Source: Eledone cirrhosa
Taxonomy: Eukaryota
DNA length: 64,000 bases
Assembly: GCA_964016885.1 (NCBI GenBank)
Contig: OZ024742.1
Coordinates: forward strand, 239,568,001 to 239,632,000
Reading direction: 5' to 3'
In this document: piece after piece, positions 58,516 through 64,000 of the stretch
Numbering within the stretch: the first letter of the stretch is position 1
How the letters are laid out: every line of letters starts with the position of its first letter
Notes under the pieces: generated by a model
What the model was told of the DNA's origin: nothing
The model's input: only the letters and a program-made list of their open reading frames with translations
The model's database searches: none
Program-made: the position numbers and the translations under genes

Positions 58516-59271
58516 ATAGATAGATAGATAGATAGATAAATTAAATTTTGTTTGTGTAGATCAAATTAATTATGTTTGATTTGAATGCGCAAACAAAATA
58601 AATATGGAGGACTGCTTACCAAATATTTTTTCTTGACGTGTTACTTGTAGTGCGTAGCATAGTTATCCAGTTTAAAAGGTTATGGTACACTTTCCAAGGA
58701 GAAAATCACGGAGTAATTATAAGTATAAATATGGTACCAGATAAAACAGGAAAAACTAGGTAGGAAGAAGTGGACAGAAGGAGAAATTTATTTGGTGTTC
58801 AATATTTAACATATGTTTCTGTACAATTACATAACTGTCTACATGTGCTGACTGCATTATACAATGTTCATTTGTATTCATTACGTGTCTGTGATTGTGC
58901 CTCATCAGAAATAGAACAAGACAAAAAAAGTTAACAAGGATTAAGAAAAAATTGATTATACTCCGAGGTGTGGTTACTGCATTTCTGCAATAAGCATTAC
59001 TTACTGCTGAAAAAGCTAAAGTACAAAACATTGTTATATAGAGAAATTCAGAATCAAAATATAATATACAAATAACAAAAATAGTATTAAAAAAATAAAG
59101 TAAGAATAAGTACATGAATTACAATAATTATACCATGTATAGATATTAGATTTGAAAGTGGGATGTGGGGAGACATTACAATCTAAATTACCAACGAGAA
59201 GAATATTAGAGTTGTAAGTAGAGGGAGCTTATAAAAAGGAAGGATTAAGACTGGTCAAGAAACCTACTTAA

Positions 59272-59491
59272 CCCTTTAACATTTACATTACTCTATTTTT
59301 ACTATTGTATTTTCACAGTCAACACTTTACCTCACATAATTTTCTCACATAATATTGAACTATGAGATTTTGATATTATTTATTTTGAGAACAATACCTT
59401 AACATTGGTATGGGTAGCCAGTTATGGCCGGTTTGAACAGAAAGAGGTGAGAGATCTTTGGCCGGATACCACCAATTTAAATGCTAAAGGG
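59272..59491. mobile_element. 220-bp piggyBac-type MITE
   Basis: TTAA TSD; TIR ccctttaacattta/taaatgctaaaggg. Confidence 0.88.
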
Positions 59492-59499
59492 TTAATTCA

Positions 59500-60290
59500 T
59501 ATATTGTGGATAGGGGAAGAGGGAGGGGGGGAAAAGAAGAGAAAAGAGAGAAGAGAAAATAGAGAAAATAGAAAAAGAAAAAGAAATGAGGTCAGAGTGA
59601 CCAGAAATGATAAGATATTGAAAGGCTATAAATTAACTTGGGTGGGGGCCAGATTATTAGGCTTTATCTCAACAGAAACCAACAACAGAAAGGACAAGTG
59701 GACACTTAGCTAAATAAGGGTGGCTAGAATGAGGGTGATGTAAGGGGTGAGTATTTCAAGTAAAGTGGATACAGAGACATAGAATCTAATCCTATGCTGG
59801 TCAGGGTGATATTTAGTGAAAGTCTTTAATGCCTTATGTTGGCAGTTAAAGGTCCTATTGTGTTGAGAGTTCAACAGATCTGAACTAGTTATAATTTCCA
59901 ACACATCCATCACACAAAGATTGCAAGAGCATCTTTCATTTTGGTATGGGCAGGCTAATCTTAACACTAACCAAGAAAGTGCATAATCCATATCATCCCA
60001 TTTTAAATCCCAGAATTTTTTGGCAAGGGCAAATGAAAGTTATATGTTGCCAATTTGATTTTGACCACACATTGGTAAACAATGTTTTTATATATGCATT
60101 TCCCATAGGTTGCCTACTATAGCTGTGGTAAAAAATATAAACTAGGTTATCTTGAAAATTGAGCTTGATTCGCGAGTGTATTACAATTTGTAGAACAATG
60201 AGAAGAACTCAACACAAGGAACCTGTTAAAACAGCAAAATGCTGTCAATGACCTGAGCCAATATGAATCTACTTATTAGCAGGGTATGGT
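59500..60290 (-). mobile_element. Old Penelope-like element remnant (GIY-YIG C-terminal part)
   Basis: ALAKKFWDLKWDDMDYALSWLVLRLACPY..CNLC..LLN..CQH parallels the 7870-8160 endonuclease tail; possible decayed hammerhead at ~58875-58918. Confidence 0.65.
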
Positions 60291-60329
60291 GCAGCCAACT
60301 GGCCATTCCTCTCTCATAACGGGACCACC

Positions 60330-60497
60330 CAATTCCACACTGTAAATGTGGTAGGTGTTAGGAAGGGCATCCAAAATGAGAAAGATGCAGCATGGCCAAC
60401 TGACCAGACTTGCCTCATAATGTGAATGACTCATTTAACCCATGCAAGCATGGAACATAAAACGTTAAACAGTGATGATGATGATGATGATGATGAT
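60330..60497 (+). mobile_element. RTE-tailed SINE-like fragment
   Basis: ccacactgtaaatgtggtaggtgttaggaagggcatcc..aacccatgcaagcatggaa..(gat)n. Confidence 0.75.
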
Positions 60498-60562
60498 ATA
60501 TATATATTATATATATATATATATATATATCATCATCATCACTGTTTAACGTCTTATGTTCC

Positions 60563-60605
<43 letters not shown>

Positions 60606-62312
60606 CATACATACATGCATAAGCAGGAAGAGAGAAAAGAAGTCCTGTTGTTCGGAGAGAGGCCCAGGGTATTCACCCCACTTCCTCTCAATAAATCTGC
60701 CCTTCAACATGACACGGTGTGTGAAAATTACAGGTAGAATTCATTCAACAGGCTTCCAAACAATTTCAGTCTTTCTAGTTTCACTCACAAGGCATAGGTT
60801 GTGCCAAGACTATGGTAAATGATATTTACTCAAGCTGCCATACAGTAAGGATCTAATGGTTGTAAAGTGAACTTCTTAATTATTTGGCCACACTGAATCC
60901 CTTATGCCTTCAACACACACACATACACCCACTCTCTCTCTTCCTCTCTTTTTCCCCTTCTCTCTCCTTTCCTCTATTTCTTCCCCTCTCTCCTTCTCTC
61001 TCTCTCTTTGTATATCATCATCATTATCATTATCATCATCACTATTTTATATCCACTTTCCATTCTGGCATGGATTATGCAAGTTGTCATGATCTAAGAC
61101 CAGTCAAGCTGGATCAATCCATCTTGCTCATATGTTCCATATTTGGCATTGTTTCTATGGCTAGATGCCCATCCTAATGACAACCGCCCCACAGGGTGTA
61201 CTGGGTGTGTGTGTGATTTTTTTTTTTTTGTGGCACCACTAATCACACTTTACTGAGTGTACAGGGTGCATTTTATCATGGCACCATTAGTAAAGAGATT
61301 GCCACAAGCTCAAACAGAATTAGGGGTCTTCTCAAACCATATAGTGTCTTTTAGTGTTGTAGTACTTGTACAGAAGGGTGGGCCTTTATATATGATATAT
61401 ATACATGTGTGTGTGCGTGTTTCAATAATCCTTGCTGGTTGACCCGAGCAATCAACTAATTATGGTGTAATCAATCAAAAGCACTCCAAATCATGAGTAT
61501 CCATATCGTATTACGTATATGGTATCAGAGTACCAATATCAAGAAAGAAGAGAAACAGTTTTACATATTCAACTTCAGTTTATTGCCTTACATCACAGCC
61601 ATCATGTACATTTCAAAGGCATTAAAATGTCATTATGTAATAGCTATTTAATGTGTTGTCAAACAGGTGCTGAAAATGTAAAGAATAGTTTGTTTTTGAT
61701 TTGGTTTTTGATATGCTGGCTGTCGAAAGGATGTTGTTCATTCAGGTAACAGCAGACATATATATAATCATCATCATCATTATCTGTGTTTTACATCAGA
61801 CAGGTGCTAAAAATATAAACAATGTTTTATTTTTGGTTTTTGATATACCTGCTTTTGAAGGTATATCAAAAGCAGGTATATAAAAAACCAACAGGCATGT
61901 TCATTCAGGTTACAACAGGCATGCACCCATGTATATACGTCGTTGCCATCGTCGCCACCACCACCGCCGTCATCATCATCATCATCATCACTGTTTTATA
62001 TCAGTTTTCCATGCTGGCAGAAGTTGGACAGGTTGTCACATTTTGAGATTAGACAGAATAACATATTCACTAAGGAAAAGTGAAAAGTTGTGAACCAATG
62101 TAAAACACATTTATTTCTTGAAGTAAAGATAAAACTGATAGATAATTGTTTTCCCTTAAGAATTGTTAACAAGTAAATAACAAAGAATATAGTTTTCAAT
62201 GGTGTTCTTTCCTAGGATTCTACCTTCACTGCTATCTATGTAGACTTTGCACCATCACATGAATAAAACACTTCTGAAAAAATACAATTTCTAAGGAACT
62301 TATATATTTCAT

Positions 62313-62595
62313 ATCATCATCATCATCATCATTTTTATGTTTGTTTTTCCACACTCACATGGGTTGGATGAGTCCTTTTCAGCAAAGCATCTTTCCACTC
62401 GCTGCATTCCTTCATCATCTCCTCTGTGAATCTCAGCAATTTGAGATTAGCTTTCCTCACTTCAGCCCAGGTCTTCCTTGGTCTACTTCTAATGTGACTT
62501 CCTTCCACTGGAATTTCCTGGCACTTCATCACCCAGTAATCATCATCCATGTGCATCACATGTCCATACCAATGCAGTCTTCTCTCTTGCACACT
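62313..62595 (-). mobile_element. RTE LINE 3' end
   Basis: QERRLHWYGHVMHMDDDYWVMKCQEIPVEGS..RPRKTW plus (GAT)n tail. Confidence 0.85.
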
Positions 62596-63204
62596 ACATT
62601 AGTTTCCAATCTTTATACATTTCCAGTAAGCCCATAACATCCACCTAAGGTTCTACATATCAGAAAGGAAAAATGAAAAGACATAGAAACTTTTTGTTAG
62701 CTAGTAGAAATATATATATCCTGAAATTTGGGGAACATTTTTAGACAATGCAGTGAAAGTGAACCTTGACTTTACAACAACTTAGTGAAAGCAATGGACA
62801 TGTTTCGATGTTATTAAATCTCCTCAATGACTGATACTCCTTCTCTCTCAAATCAATGATGCCAACTATCATCAATTGATGGTTAGCTGTTATTGTGAAA
62901 TTTAGTGTAGAAAATGCCAGACATTTTAAATAATTTGCTTCATATATGGCACATAAGTGAAGCAAACAAGTAGAGTAGTAGCTAAATAATTGACAGGAAG
63001 ATAAAATACAGACAAAAACGAAAGCAAAATAGATAACCAAGAAAAAGTCAAATTTAATCATAATTTAAAACAAACCTCTATTATTAAGTTATGCAGTAAC
63101 TACAAGAACAGCAACAAAGAAGAAGGAATATCTATATGAACATCTATCTATAAAGCAACATTCTTTTCCAAAACAGTTTTAATTAAATTCATAGCTTAAC
63201 ACAT

Positions 63205-63239
63205 ACATATATATATGTATGTATATATACATATATATA

Positions 63240-63307
<68 letters not shown>

Positions 63308-63352
63308 GTATATATATGTATATATATATACATATATATCTATATATATATA

Positions 63353-63405
<53 letters not shown>

Positions 63406-63508
63406 ATATATGTATGTATATAAATATATATATATATGTGTGTGTGTATGTATATATATATATATATATGTGTGTGTATGTATGTATATAAATATATATA
63501 TATATATC
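63205..63508. repeat. (TA)n/(TG)n microsatellite
   Basis: Directly visible. Confidence 0.95.
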
Positions 63509-63514
63509 TTATTT

Positions 63515-63710
63515 TATTTGACCCGATTGGCTTGCTCACTTTTTTTGGCTTGGTGGTTAATGGCTTAACCATCGTCTCAGTTTGTATGGCCTTTTGAACG
63601 TATGTTTATCGCTCTGGTATATTCCTATCCATTGAGTGCTTGTCAACACAAATCGGAAGTTGCTTTTTGATAATATCTAGTCGCCGAAATGCGATTCCCA
63701 CTAAATTATA
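63515..63710 (+). mobile_element. Family D repeat 3' part
   Basis: Homologous to 22190-22385; short inverted end also at ~26990-27022. Confidence 0.6.
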
Positions 63711-63732
63711 TTTGTATATATATATATATATA

Positions 63733-64000
63733 GGTAGAACAATAGACAAACTATCTGGTTCTTTCCTCCCTTCTCACTCAACATTAAAAGTAATGTAGGA
63801 AAAAAATGTTTAGCCCTCTTAGATAGACACTTTCCCATAGGTCACAAATACTGCTCCATCTTTAACAGACAGAGTAAAAGTAGGGTACTCCTGCGCTAAG
63901 AATATGAAGATCCACATCACCAACAGTCCTAAGAGCGGCACCCACCAGGATGCTCTTGCTGAAAGCCTGAAGCTTGTCCCCTTCAACAGCAATGCAACAC
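63733..64000 (+). mobile_element. 5'-truncated Penelope-like element (RT thumb region), runs off the window
   Basis: NRQTIWFFPPFSLNIKSNVGKKCLALLDRHFPIGHKYCSIFNRQ, frameshift, then VKVGYSCAKNMK; starts right after (TA)n. Confidence 0.8.

Noticed and set aside
63820-64000. Open minus-strand frame suggesting a host membrane-protein exon
   Set aside because: The plus strand matches Penelope RT thumb motifs, which explains the sequence

Overview
AT-rich, repeat-saturated animal genomic DNA with no recognisable host protein-coding gene. The SINE set, huge (TA)n arrays and (GAT)n-tailed RTE elements suggest an octopus or other cephalopod (inference). Main contents: (1) a head-to-tail array of three Tx1/L1-clade LINEs (46.2-58.5 kb). 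One is intact (ORF1 plus APE-RT ORF2, 23-bp TSD), and every junction lies in a (GATA)n microsatellite. (2) Three degenerate Penelope-like (RT + GIY-YIG) elements, plus about a dozen type-I hammerhead ribozyme motifs from several unrelated families. Several of these form fold-back palindromes, most lie in or next to (TA)n tracts, and four families share a bulged ACUC...GAGUGCU hairpin downstream of the ribozyme. (3) A 2.7-kb non-autonomous Gypsy-type LTR element. (4) A ~6.4-kb (TA)-rich array and a ~6.3-kb 32/37-bp satellite, each with higher-order duplication. (5) Many tRNA-derived SINEs, RTE and CRE fragments, Helitron and piggyBac-type MITEs, and minisatellites. Most ORFs in the supplied track are microsatellite or antisense artefacts.
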